Below, in pieces: positions 26,788-38,749 of a DNA stretch of 64,000 nt. The translations under genes were made by a program, and so were the position numbers. How positions within the stretch are numbered: position 1 is the first letter of the stretch; each line of letters starts with the position of its first letter. The DNA comes from Spironucleus salmonicida (Eukaryota), in contig NC_090597.1 in the NCBI RefSeq assembly GCF_000497125.1, positions 693,797-757,796 of the forward strand, written 5' to 3'. The notes under the pieces were generated by a model. That model did not search any database, was not told where the DNA came from, and worked only from the letters and a program-made list of their open reading frames with translations.

Positions 26788-27147
26788 ATGGCTATTGACA
26801 ACAAAGCCAAGTCAAGATCCACCCGTGCCGGTATCATCTTCCCCGTCGGTCGTATCCACAGACATCTCAAGGAGGGCCGCTACGCCGACCGTATCTCCTC
26901 CGACGCCCCCGTCTACATGGCCGCCATCCTCGAGTCCGTCATCGACGAGGTGTTCAAGGAAGCCCTCAACCAGAAGGACAAGAAGTCCACCAAGCGTATC
27001 ACCCCCAACAACATCGTGAACGCCATCCGCAAGGACAAGGAGCTCAACGAGATCTTCAAGGACGTCGTCATCCGCGACGGCGGTGTCGCTAGACTCGAGG
27101 ACGAGAAGAAGCACACCTCCAAGTCCAAGAAGTCCCAGGACCAGTGA
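26788..27147 (+). CDS. H2A: Histone H2A
   Basis: SRSTRAGIIFPVGRIHRHLKEGRYADRI, APVYMAAILE, RITP, IRKDKEL, GGV. Ends SQDQ. GC3-rich. Confidence 0.97.
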   Translation: MAIDNKAKSRSTRAGIIFPVGRIHRHLKEGRYADRISSDAPVYMAAILESVIDEVFKEALNQKDKKSTKRITPNNIVNAIRKDKELNEIFKDVVIRDGGVARLEDEKKHTSKSKKSQDQ

Positions 27148-27166
27148 TATATTCTTGTTTACCCTG

Positions 27167-27332
27167 TCACTCCCTCTCGCCCAGGTACTCCGCCACCGTG
27201 CGAATCCCGGCGTCCAGCCGCTGCAGCACGTCCTTCTCCATGGACGTGAACCCCTGGGTCAGCTGCAGAATGCCGTGCGCGATGATCGCCACCGGGTCAA
27301 TCAGGATGGCCTGTGACGTCTTCTTCAAACAT
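27167..27332 (-). other. GC3-rich coding-like segment (3' end of a small, frameshifted or truncated gene), convergent with H2A
   Basis: ...AILIDPVAIIAHGILQLTQGFTSMEKDVLQRLDAGIRTVAEYLGERE* ending in AGTGA. The nearest upstream ATG (27332) is one base out of frame. Confidence 0.5.
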
Positions 27333-28552
27333 GTATAATTAATAAAGTATATAATGAAAATATAAATATTTGCTTAAACTTATAACTTTTATTATAAAAT
27401 ATTTTTTAAAATGCTAATATATCAACTTTTAATATACTGAAAAAATTAATTTTAAAATTATAAACAAAACATCAATATTTGTATTATATAATTCTATATC
27501 ATAAATCAAAAAATTAGAGTAAACTATATTTGCTCTTTTACTTAAAGCGAATTACTACTATTTGCTAAAATATATAATTAAACACTTTTAATGATAATTA
27601 TTATTAATCTAATTACTTTAGTATATGCTGAAAATATTGTTCTAAAAAAGAAGATATTTCAATGCGGTAAAGTATATATAATGAGGTTTACTGTAATCTG
27701 TTTGTTGAGAAACGATTTGTAGTTTATATCATTTAAAATTATGAGTTTAGCTTAAGATATTTAAAGAACTTTAAATGCTGGTAGTTAAATCATTTGGCTT
27801 GACGTTAAGTGTTATATATTGTATTAAAAAACTATATTGTGAAAGAGAGTAATTCTTGATGCTTTATGAGTGATAATTTTTATTTAGTTTCGTAGGATAA
27901 AGAAAAATTAATAAAAATTAATAAAATTATTGAACACGTTTACTTGTGTATGTAATCATGCAACAAGTTTATTCAATATGGTTGAATTATTATATAATAG
28001 ACATAACTTATATAATATAGACCCATGATAGACAAACTTTAACTTTATTGAATTCATATTTTTAAATTAAATATGAATTGTATTATAAATAATTATTATT
28101 TATATATTATAAATAATGTATTTTCAAATATAATACTGAACAATAGACTTACCATAACTTAGCTAAAAATTTGTATACAAAATATGTAGTATATAGACTA
28201 GCAAAGGTTAATACTACTATGTAAAATATCATTAAATCTTTAAGTATAAGTTTATTTTAATAAACTCCATTTACTATAGTTTATACTAAAAATTTAAATA
28301 TATTTATTATTATAATTTAAAAATATTTATTTATATATTTAGTTATCTAATAATGTAATGTATTATAAATTATAAATGGAATAATTTCAATAAATTGATT
28401 AATTAACCATTTATTACTAAATATATAGTAACTATTTTAACAGTTATTGTTTTATAAATATAATTATTTATATTTATGATAAGATATTTTAAATAGTTAT
28501 ATTGTAAATTTATATAATATTGATTTTAAGTAATTTAACCTATATTTAAAAA

Positions 28553-30100
28553 ATGTTATATAACATTCTGGCGTTAAATTGCTTCACAGACACTATTCTT
28601 ATATATAGTTAGCAAACGGAAGAGCTAGAATTTATCGCAAAATAAGCCTTATCAATCAGCTAAGTAGATAAGGACTCTTGCAATATTTTTATAAACTAAA
28701 ATGTAATAGTTCATATTTAAATTGGAAGTATTATGTTTAGCTCTGAATATTACAATTATGATGAAAAATAAATAAATTTAACATTACGTAGAATTTCAGG
28801 GGACTTAAAAACAATTAAGTAATTTTCAGTTGCTTTTTTTAGAATAGAGACTTTAAATGATAATATTTATTAAGACAGTACCGTTATAAGATTTAATATA
28901 AAGTTTTTTGATAGAAGAAACTGCTTCAAAAATGTGTCTTTGTTATATGATATTAAAAATTCGTAAGTAACAGTGTAGAGATTTTCATAATAATTGTGCA
29001 ATTTTGATGTATAAGGGGACATTTAATCTAGTGTTTATGTATAAACAGATGATAAATACAAGCTTGTTTTATAAGAAAAGCTTGCTGAAAAATATAATGA
29101 GTGGTTTTCAACTAATACTACATGTACGGATACAACTTGTGCAAAATTCATTCCAGAATTAATATAAATATTATTCCCGCTAGGATATTATCAGATATTG
29201 ATACCTTAAACGATGAAGAAGGAAACATAAGCCTATAAGCCAGATGGTACACTTGTTAAATAAGATACCGATTTTAAAATTAATTTGATATTAAAACAAA
29301 CAATTTCTTAGTTTACAGTAGATAAACTAATTACCACAATTGATAATATTACTTTACATCCTCTTTATAAATCTATAGAAGTTGATTAAAAAATAAATAT
29401 GATAGCTTCTAATATAGATCCAGTTTATGATAGCATAATAGTAGATATTTGTATAGCCGCAAGTAATAGCAATTCTTCGAGATATTAGTGTTTTTCATAT
29501 AAATAGTCTTAATTTTAACCAGTAGAGACTATAATATATCGTTGTGATTAATAAGATGATACAAGTTTTGACTTATGTACTGAAAAACTACTATAAATTA
29601 GTGAATTTACAAATGATGCTATAGGCCTAGTCTACTATGATACATACAAAGATGGGAAATTAAAAGAATCTTTTAAATATTATGCAAACGTAGTAAGAAA
29701 CAACTTCTAACCTATTATTTTAACATGTATGTTACAAAAAGTATGCATTGCTGTAAAATTGCGGAAAGGAACGATAATGACACATAGCATAAAAGAATTC
29801 ATATTAGAATGGGTATCCTAAAATGAAAAATAACGTCTTATTAACGTTTTTAACTTCCCAAATGAAAACGAATAATATTGTTTTGCTGCATCTTCTAGTC
29901 AGCTTAGTAGCTTAACTGATATTAATTCAACGGAATTTAGATTATCTATTGGCGATTAATCTCTATTTATAAATAAAATAGAGGATTTATTATAACCTGA
30001 TGTATTTGTTCACGGTATTATAGCCACACTGATATTGGCAGTCATTATCGGTTGTATATTAGTTATTTTGATGTTATTTAACAACAAAATATAAAAGTGA
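28553..30100 (+). CDS. Type-I transmembrane protein (515 aa), unknown function
   Basis: MLYNILALNCFTDTILIY..., C-terminal TM GIIATLILAVIIGCILVILMLF, tail NNKIQK*, AGTGA. Start and stop in frame under code 6. Confidence 0.8.
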
Positions 30101-31049
30101 TGCTTAGTTTCATTTATTTGCTTCTTACATTAATTTAAAATAAGTAAAATTCATACAAAACTACAGTTCTTAGATAAAATATTATTAATACCATTATTCA
30201 AGCTAAAATACGTATGATAATTACTATTATCTGTTTAACAATATATTTACAATTTTAATATTGGTAAACAATCTTATTATAATTTTACGAAGATTTATTG
30301 AAAAATTCGTATATTAATTTAGTAAATTAACCTTATTCTTCTTTGTTATAAATTTATTAAATTATTTTTAGGTATACAGTATTAAAATACAAGGCTGTTA
30401 AAATTCTTTTTCAAGCTTTATCCATGTAAGATATGAAATATCTTAGTCATAACGAATCATAGAAGAAGCTTAATAAGTTTTGCTACATATCAGGTCATTA
30501 GTTTTTGAAATAAAGACTATTAACCTTTATGTATCACATGTAGAAATTAGAATATAAATTTGTTTAGATGCGTAGTACATATATTATTTTATTAAACAAC
30601 TAAACTTGTAACCGGTAATAAAAAATAATCGAGTACACGCTAAATATGTAGCTTAATCTATAAAACTAGCTAGGTTTATATTCGTATAAGTAAACAATCA
30701 ATATAAACAATGTTTCGACTTATGCCTACATATAATGAATAGTTATAGCCGTCATAAGCAGAAATAGAATCTAAATAACATATTAGAGTTCCCATTACTT
30801 AATCTTACTTACATTTATATAATTAAGCTTCAGAAATATTTAGAATCCAATTTTTATTATTCACATGTATTTATTTAAGAACAGCATTTCTTAACTTTAC
30901 AGATTTATAAATATTAACTGTCATTTAAATATTTATACATATATTAATATATAATATTAAGTATACCAATTTATAAAATTTATTTTCTACTAAAAATAAC
31001 ATAACCTACATAAATCACATAAAAAATCACCGACCACCACATCACTCGC

Positions 31050-31673
31050 TCAACAGCACCCCTTTCCCCTACCTTTAGCAATTTCATTTTCCTCTACTGC
31101 TTCAATAACGAAATCTTCACCCTCAACTTCCCCGCCATCGCCGCCGACCTCGAGAGCCATTTCAGCGCCAATTCGAAATGCATTTTCAACTCCTTCTCCG
31201 TTTTTTGCACTAACCTGAAAATGCTTGAAATTGCCTCCCCGTGATTCTGCGAAACTCCTGCCTCGCGCCTCTGATACGGTTTGCTGATCAATTAAGTCGA
31301 CCTTATTTCCTAGAATTATGAATGGAAACTTCTATATATTCTGGATGCCAGAATTCTACAGGAAATCGTTCCGCCACTGGTCAAGATTTTAAAGGGTCTT
31401 GGCCGAGCAGATATCGTATATCAAAATTACACAGTCTGCTCCCCTGTAGTAGGCGGATCCCATTGACGTGAACCACTGTTCCTGGCCAGCGGTGTCCCAG
31501 ATCTGCAGTTTTACGTTCGTTTTGCCGAGCTAAAGTTCCTTGCATAGGAAATCTGCGCCTATTGTTGGGCGGTACAACGCCGTAAAATCGGTGTTAATGA
31601 ATGAGTTCATCAGTGAGGTTTTCCCCACCGACGAGTCGCCTAGGAGGAGGATTTTTAGATTTTTTTTCGGCAT
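31050..31673 (-). CDS. Rab7: Rab GTPase, Rab7-like (207 aa)
   Basis: [59 protein letters not shown]-terminal CC prenylation site. Contains in-frame TAA/TAG read as Gln. The Rab family call is secure; the subfamily is judged from motifs only. Confidence 0.88.
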
Positions 31674-31918
31674 GTGGAGCGGAGTGGAATGGTAAATATC
31701 ACTAAAACTATATAATATTAACTTATTAAATTTGTGAAACGTAGAATTAAAATGGTAAATAAAATCAGTTTATGCATAATTTCAGCAAATCGAACTATTT
31801 AACGCCATTTCACACCCCTTTCCTTATTTTGTGGAGCGAAATTTAAAAATCTATATTACGTATTATTATATCTTTTAATCACCAATTTCCCTTCCCTTCC
31901 ACTCCCTTCCACCGCAAA
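31674..31918. promoter_or_regulatory. Divergent promoter region between Rab and Myb-like genes, with a C-rich motif before each ATG
   Basis: ttcccttccactcccttccaccgcaaaATG on the + strand and ttaccattccactccgctccacATG on the - strand flank an AT-rich core. Confidence 0.6.
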
Positions 31919-32593
31919 ATGTCAAAATCGTGGACGCCAGAGCTGACCAGCCGGCTAATCGCGCTCGCGGACGCCGCGAAAACCGACGGAATCCCGAACT
32001 TCGCGCCCGCGGCCGCCGCGCTGAGCAGGCCCGTCTACCAGTGCCAGCTGCAGTACTTCCGGAAAACGGACCCGGAATTCGCCCCCGCGGCCTGCGAGCA
32101 GCTGGAGCAGATCTGGGCCGCGAACGCCGGGAAGCTCAACTTCGCGCGCGTCGCGGCGGCGCTGGGCCACTCCGTTTTCAGCACCAAGTGGCAGCTCGCG
32201 CGCCTGGCGCAGAAGCGCGGCCTGGAGCCGTTTTTCGAGCTGCGGCCGCAGGCCTACAGGGGCGCGTGGGACGCCTCCCGCGACGCGCAGCTGCGGGCGC
32301 TGCGCGCTGCGGGCGCTGGATTCGCGGCGATCGGGCGGGCGCTGGGCTGCTCGGACCGCGCCTGCCAGCAGCGCTTCCACGTGCTGGGGCGGCGCGCGTT
32401 CTGCGGGGAGGACGCAGAGCGCCTGCGCGCGCTGCTGGCCGCCCGATAGGGCCGCGTGTCCTCGCAGGTGCTCTGCGGCCTTTTCCCGGAGCACGACTTC
32501 TACAGCATTTTGGGCGAGATCTGGGGGTAGGAGGGGGAGGAAGAGGAGGGGGTTAAATACGACGTTTTGCACGAGGTGGCGGACGAGGAGTGA
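31919..32593 (+). CDS. Myb/SANT-like DNA-binding domain protein (224 aa)
   Basis: Repeats WTPELTSRLI...F...A..L.R...CQLQY and GAWDASRDAQLR...FAAIGRALGCSDRACQQRF. Reading TAG as Gln extends the ORF to an acidic tail ending VADEE* with AGTGA. Confidence 0.85.
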
Positions 32594-32782
32594 GGGGAGT
32601 TGGGCGGTGGATTTGAGTGTGGGGAGTGGGTGGATTTGAAAATTAGGAAGGGAAAATGTATTCTAAAATATATAATAATCGGTATTAATTTGAATTTTTA
32701 ATGGAAGCAATGGGGGATTGGGGAAAAGGGCAGATGTCGTGACGTGTTGGCAAAAGCGGTGGGTGGCAGTAAATTGATCAAA

Positions 32783-34339
32783 TCACTTCTTTTTAAAGCT
32801 TTTACTAACTCTAATGAATACTATCATTTTCCAAATGGTGTCAACAAGCGCGGTAAGTAGAATAATAGTACCAAAAAGATAAATGACAATTTCTACTATT
32901 TAGTAGTTTTTTTCAACTTAATGGTGGCCTAGCATACTAATAGTATTATTTCCTTAGGTGAATTGGATTTACAAATAAATACCACTCTCTCGCATTGCTG
33001 CTACTTAACCTACTTCGTCCGGCTATACCTCGAAACAAACCCTAGGATCTTTGAAGTTAAGTCGGAATTCTTATTTTTAAGAAAATACTACTTAACCCGA
33101 ATTAGATTCATTTATTCCTGTTGCAGTTGCTGTTGTTACCTCATTTTCTTTTATTGCTAAACAGTGATCTCTAGTAAAATACCTGCTAGATCTTTCTAGT
33201 TCTATGCAAAGTCTTGTCGGTGAGTATATTTAGATAACAACACGACGAAAACATGATAACCTTGACGAAAAAGAAGTTCCAGTACTACCTTTTAGTGTAA
33301 TATCTTAAAATCCAGTTATGTCTAAATAAAAATCTGAGTTTAAAGCAACTGAATTAATATATATCATTTATTCCATGCACTCTTAATCGCCATTACAACT
33401 ATTAATTAACATCACATTGTTAAAATCAAAGGTGTCATATTGAAAGGAGAATGTATATGACCCCGTAGGTGTTCTCGCAGTAACTCTATAAATATATAAG
33501 TTAGATCCTAACGTAAGAAGTCTCCATGAATTTTTAATTGAATTATTTTGCGTAAAATGCATTTCAACATAAAAAAGATCTTAAAAATATTAGACCTGCA
33601 CACTTTCTACCAGACCAGCTACAGTTCCTACAATAACTGTATCAAATTTAATCTCAGCGTTATAGTTAATTCCAGATGCTTATATGGTAAATTCAACAGT
33701 GGCTTCAGTAAATGGTGTCTACAGATCTAATACAAAATTTCCAAACTATTAACAATATAAATATGATAATCCTGCCTCTACTATATTTTAACAATTATGA
33801 CTTAATGGATAGTCTTTTTTTCTCTTGATTGCGAAAGTATCTGCTTTTTCGTTAAATTAATACTGATACTAGAAAGCTCCTGTACTGATTTCGTCAAGGC
33901 ATGCAGCTGTTATACCTACAGTAAAATAAAAATTCCTCTACACGATCGTAAAATTGCTCCTTAATTGATCAAAACATTAATCCATTTATGAAACTTAGTT
34001 TCCCACATATGATACTCTAACACCTGTCCAATAAGCGATATTACTAATATTAAGTCTAGCATACAATGGCATTGGAGGATCAACATCGTCATTTATAATG
34101 TCAACATTGAGCATAACTATAGTTTAACTTTCACTATAATTAAATGAGTCGTATATATAATGCACATTATGGAATCCATCATGGAAGATTAGAGAAAGTT
34201 TTACTTCATCTAAAAATCTCTAGCATGATTCATCTAGATTTGATACCAGCATTACAGTTGCAGTTTCAAGATTTTAGTTATATTATACCGTAGCTCCTGA
34301 ATAACAGTCAGGTATTTCGACTGCAAGTAACACCAGCAT
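32783..34339 (-). CDS. Type-I transmembrane protein (518 aa), diverged paralog of 23829-25385
   Basis: MLVLLAVEIPDCYSGATVQYNQNLETATVMLVSNLDESCQRFLDEVKLSLIFHDGFH..., ending VDTIWKMIVFIRVSKSFKKK*. Same 1557-nt length as the paralog. Confidence 0.88.
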
Positions 34340-35914
34340 TTTTCTCTTAGATATAATTATATTTGTATCAAGTATGGTATTTATTTTTACAGTAGATAAT
34401 CATTATTATAATATTTATTTAATATTATATATGATTAAATAATATTATTGTTCTCATAGTAAATACCCATTCTTATGAACTAATAAAAGAATATAATTAT
34501 CCTATTTAATAGATGATTCAATCAAAGTGATTCTTCAGTTTATATAGCATATAATAAATAGTAATGCTAAAAATTATTTAAAAAATTTGTCATAAAACAT
34601 ACATATAAGTTATTTTTAATATATTAATGTACTAGTAGTTTAACTTTTAATAGCTACTTATATGTCTTTAATAGTGCCATCAAAGTAACAATATTACTCT
34701 AAATATAATTTAGTTGAAAAAGCAAACTCAGAAAATGCGACGTAAGGCAGATCATCAAAATGAACATTAACATGACGTTAAACTATAATTGCTAAAACCC
34801 ATGCTTTTAGTATAGCACAAACCTATACAAATAATCCTCTTACTACCTGCCGCGTGAACCTCCAGGCCCTGCGGACTAGCCTCACATGCGCGTCTACGCC
34901 TCGCCGACCATGGAGAAGATCACAACGCGCAAGATCGTGTCGGAGAGCGCTGCAATCTGGACCCTCCGGGAGCCCTTCGCCCCACCTGCTAGGAGAGCAT
35001 CCGAACCTTGCTCTCACTATTGCTCAGCAGGATCGGGAGGGAGATATCGTTCTGCCGGATCGCGCTGAACTAGGCTGCCTACTGGGCGGACCTGGTAGCA
35101 GAACCGCGGGCTGCGGAAGTCCGAGTAGAAGAAGTTGAAGTTATGCGTGAAGTCGGGTGTCCGCGTGGTGAGCAGAAGTTACGCTCCCCACTATCACTGT
35201 ATGGAAGCCGATATCCCGAAGTTGATGATGTCAACTGGCACCGTCACCCGCACACCGGTCCAGTGGGCGATGTTAACGTTATGCCTCGTGTTGGCCGCAG
35301 TGGACTCGTGGCCCTCCCCAGGTTCTGGGTGTGCTGCGCCGCGATGGACAGCATCGTCATCTTATGGAGCCGACTCTAATATATAATCCTGTATCTTTGC
35401 TCTTGCGGCAGGCCTCGCGGGGTACAATAAACCAAGCAGACAGTAATTACAGGAGGGGGAGTTGCGCATTGCTGGCTATTAGTTACTGCATTTGCACCAA
35501 ATAGATATGCAAACAATGTTTACGATTCCCACTCCACTTTGCATTTTTTAGTTTGCGTACACCAATACCATACTAGCCATATCGAGAAAAAGCGGGCGCC
35601 TTCTCTGGTCCGCACCAGCGGTGCCGTTGCTGCCGACATGCAGTAGGGCAGGCAGGACGGCACCGCACCATTATAGTAGTACGCAGGCACCCCCTAGCAG
35701 CCGGACACACTGCCGAGCGCCTGCGCGTGCTCCTCGCCTCTAGCTCCTCAGGCGAGCGGCACCTCCGCGGCTGAAGGCTCCCGCCAGCTGGTGCAGCACG
35801 GGTCCTCTCGCACGCCCACCGCATCCCAGAGCACCCATCGGCTGGCGCGCATTGCTTTGTATAGTGGCGGGATACTATCTAGAGTTCTGTATAATTGTCG
35901 CATACGCACCGAAA

Positions 35915-36295
35915 ATGTCCCTTCCAGACTACGCATCGATCGCAGTCGCGCGGTCCGTAGAGGAGCCCTCCGTCTACTACTACGGCGGCTGCTTCTTCTC
36001 CCTCGAGCTGAACGAGCACGGCCAGAGCGGCTTCAAGATCGTCAAGAACTTCGCGTTTCACTCCTTCGTCCTCTGCCCCGAGGGCGTCCTGCAGGGCTAC
36101 GAGACGGGCGTCCTCACCTCCTCCGGCCGCTACTTCATGGACTTCACCGACCTGACGCTGCGGGTCAAGTTTCCGGGATTCGAGGGCAGCACGCAGCCCC
36201 AGACCCACGCCGGCAAGCAGCTGCCCAACCGCGAGGTGCTGCAGCACTTCGGCATCGACTACGACGAGTACGTCGGCCGGATTGACTTTTCGTGA
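35915..36295 (+). CDS. Hypothetical protein (126 aa), copy of 21872-22252
   Basis: Same protein sequence, GC3-rich. Confidence 0.75.
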   Translation: MSLPDYASIAVARSVEEPSVYYYGGCFFSLELNEHGQSGFKIVKNFAFHSFVLCPEGVLQGYETGVLTSSGRYFMDFTDLTLRVKFPGFEGSTQPQTHAGKQLPNREVLQHFGIDYDEYVGRIDFS

Positions 36296-36500
36296 TCTGT
36301 GCTGTCTCACTGCGCGCGACGATGGGCCAAGCCATTTAGCTGGCGAGTTGGGCCAGGAGGATTGGAACGCTATCCCAGCTGCAGGCGCGCGCACCCAAGC
36401 TGCCCCTGCCGCCCGCAGTAGCGCTGCCCAGACACCGGTGGGACCGCGTCCGCATCTGCACCGCCCAATACCTTGCCCTACCGTTCCACCCGCACTCCAA

Positions 36501-36707
36501 ATGAACGTTCTGCAGCAGAAATTCGAGATCGCGCGCAAAACGCAGACCAGCTTCGCCAGCCTGCCGGCCGCCCACGACACCGACTTCCTGCTCGCGAACT
36601 CGACGCGCGACCTGGAGAGGGAGCACCAGAAGTTCGAGGAGCTGAACGCGTTCTCGGCGTACTACCAGCAGGGCCAGATGCTCAACTTCGACTACCTAGA
36701 CGAGTGA
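36501..36707 (+). CDS. Small hypothetical protein (68 aa), copy of 21462-21668
   Basis: Same protein, C-rich upstream motif, AGTGA stop. Confidence 0.75.
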   Translation: MNVLQQKFEIARKTQTSFASLPAAHDTDFLLANSTRDLEREHQKFEELNAFSAYYQQGQMLNFDYLDE

Positions 36708-36717
36708 AATGACAATC

Positions 36718-38193
36718 TCAGTACGCTCTCGCCACGAAGCACCAGAACTTCGCCGGCGCGCCGGTCACGACGCACAGCTCGCCCTCGCAGGCGGCCTCGG
36801 GGTCGTAGCCGCGGATCTCGGCGCCCACGACGAGCTTCTTGAAGGCCTCCTCGAGGGACTGCTCCAGCTCCGCGAGGGGCACCCTGGCGAAGCCGCTGGG
36901 GACGGCGGCCTGGGCCTCCGCGAGCGTCCTGCAGGTGGCGCACCTCTCGGTCGCGAAGGCCCTGCCTGCCGCCCTGAGCCTGCTGTCGTATTGGGCCAGC
37001 TGGTCTCTCGCGACCGCCGCGATGTCCTGGACCTTGAAGACCTGCTTGCCGTCCTTGCCGGTGTCCCTGCAGATGGCCACGAAGTCGCCGCTCTCTAGGT
37101 CGCGGGGGCCGAGCTCGATGCGGAGAGGGACGCCCTTCATCTCCCAGTGGAAGATCTTCTCGCCCATGGACTTCTTGGAGTCGTCGAAGAAGGACCTGAT
37201 GCCGGCCGCCTTGAGCGTCTGCTGGATCTCCTTCATCTTGAGGACCAGGTCGTCGCCGTACTTCCCGCAGGGCACCAGTACGACCTGGTACATGGCGATC
37301 AGGCTGGGGAGCATGAGGCCCTTCTGGTCGCCGTGGACCGAGAGTGCGCAGGCAAGCGCCCTGGTGGAAATACCGGCGCAAGTCATCTCGGCGAACTGCT
37401 GGGTGTTGTTCTGGTCGATGAACTTGATGTTGAACACCTTGGCGAACTTCTGGCCGAGGAAGTGGATGCCCGCCGTCTGCAGCACCTTGCCGCAGGGCAT
37501 GACGACGTCCAGCACCTCAGTGTGCTCGGCCCCGGCGAACTTGTCCCAGGGGGCACGGACGAGCTTCTGGCCGTAGAAGCCCATCGCCTCGAAGACTGAC
37601 AGGTAGACCTCCCAGTAGATCTTCATCTGCGCCAGCGCCTCCTCGCGGGTGGCGTGAGCGGTATGGGCCTCGTTCCAGGGGATCTCGCGCACCCTGATGA
37701 GGGGGCGGGTGTTCTTGGTCTCGAAGCGGAACACGGAGCAGGTCTGGTGGATCTTGAGGGGCAGGTCCCGGAACGAGCGCGTCCAGAGGGCGAACATGGA
37801 GTAGATCGCGGTCTCCGAGGTGGGGCGCAGCGCCAGGGGCTCCTCCAGGGCGTCGAGGCCGCCGCGGTCGCACCAGTAGCACTCCGACTCAAAGCCCTTG
37901 ATGTGCTCGGCCTCCTTCGCCAGGAAGGAGCGGGGGATCAGCGTGGGGAAGAGGGACTGCTGGATGCCCTGCTCGGCGTAGTCGTCCTCGATCTTGCGCA
38001 TGATGGCGTTGTGCATGAAGAAGCCGTAGGGGCGCAGGACGGGCGCGCCCTTCACGGGGTAGCGCCTGTCGACGATCTCGGCGGCGTCCATGATGGCGTC
38101 GTACCAGTCCGAGAAGTTGGACTTGGGGAGGTTGAAGGTCTCGAGGCCTGAGCGAATGTTCTGCTTCTGGGTCTTTTCCTTCTTGCCAGACAT
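36718..38193 (-). CDS. ProRS: Prolyl-tRNA synthetase, second copy
   Basis: Protein identical to 19976-21451 in the ORF track. Confidence 0.98.
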   Translation of the reverse strand: MSGKKEKTQKQNIRSGLETFNLPKSNFSDWYDAIMDAAEIVDRRYPVKGAPVLRPYGFFMHNAIMRKIEDDYAEQGIQQSLFPTLIPRSFLAKEAEHIKGFESECYWCDRGGLDALEEPLALRPTSETAIYSMFALWTRSFRDLPLKIHQTCSVFRFETKNTRPLIRVREIPWNEAHTAHATREEALAQMKIYWEVYLSVFEAMGFYGQKLVRAPWDKFAGAEHTEVLDVVMPCGKVLQTAGIHFLGQKFAKVFNIKFIDQNNTQQFAEMTCAGISTRALACALSVHGDQKGLMLPSLIAMYQVVLVPCGKYGDDLVLKMKEIQQTLKAAGIRSFFDDSKKSMGEKIFHWEMKGVPLRIELGPRDLESGDFVAICRDTGKDGKQVFKVQDIAAVARDQLAQYDSRLRAAGRAFATERCATCRTLAEAQAAVPSGFARVPLAELEQSLEEAFKKLVVGAEIRGYDPEAACEGELCVVTGAPAKFWCFVARAY

Positions 38194-38749
38194 TTTGTGG
38201 AGTGGTAACGGGAATGATTACTCGGGTATCAGCGTATAATATGTACTAAGTAAAACTGCGGATAGGGAGTTATATAGGGTGGCGCACGCAGCGTCGTATC
38301 TCGCAGGATCGTGGCTACGCAGAATTAGCATCGTCAGTGTGTCATTACGGACCATATATTATCCCAGGAGCATAAAACTGCCAGACTTGATTTGGAAGGA
38401 TATTGTAGGATACTAATACAAGCAGAATTATAGACTAGAGTAGCTAAAACTCCAATCTCGCGGAATAGGCGACTTGGTGTATAATAATTTTTAAGCGCCT
38501 TATGTAGTTCTCGATTGGTACAGCTACCGCCCGCAAATATATTTTGCAGAAACCGCGATAGACCTGATGAGAGCCTTCTATTACAAATTCTAACGCCAAT
38601 ATCCCGCCTGTAAAGCTCACGCAGAAACCAATCCCGACCTACAAATGCAAACTGCATACCGCCTGTACATACTTCCACTTGCGCTGGGCACCCTTCTTAC
38701 CCAGAGCAGATCGTACCACCCTTCCCAAAATTTCCATCTCCCATCTCCG

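Noticed and set aside
30110-31040. AT-rich interval between the TM gene and Rab
   Set aside because: No convincing start, stop or protein signal; left unannotated.
31930-32572. 208-aa and 205-aa ORFs overlapping the Myb-like gene
   Set aside because: Alternative-frame or antisense shadows in GC-rich coding DNA.
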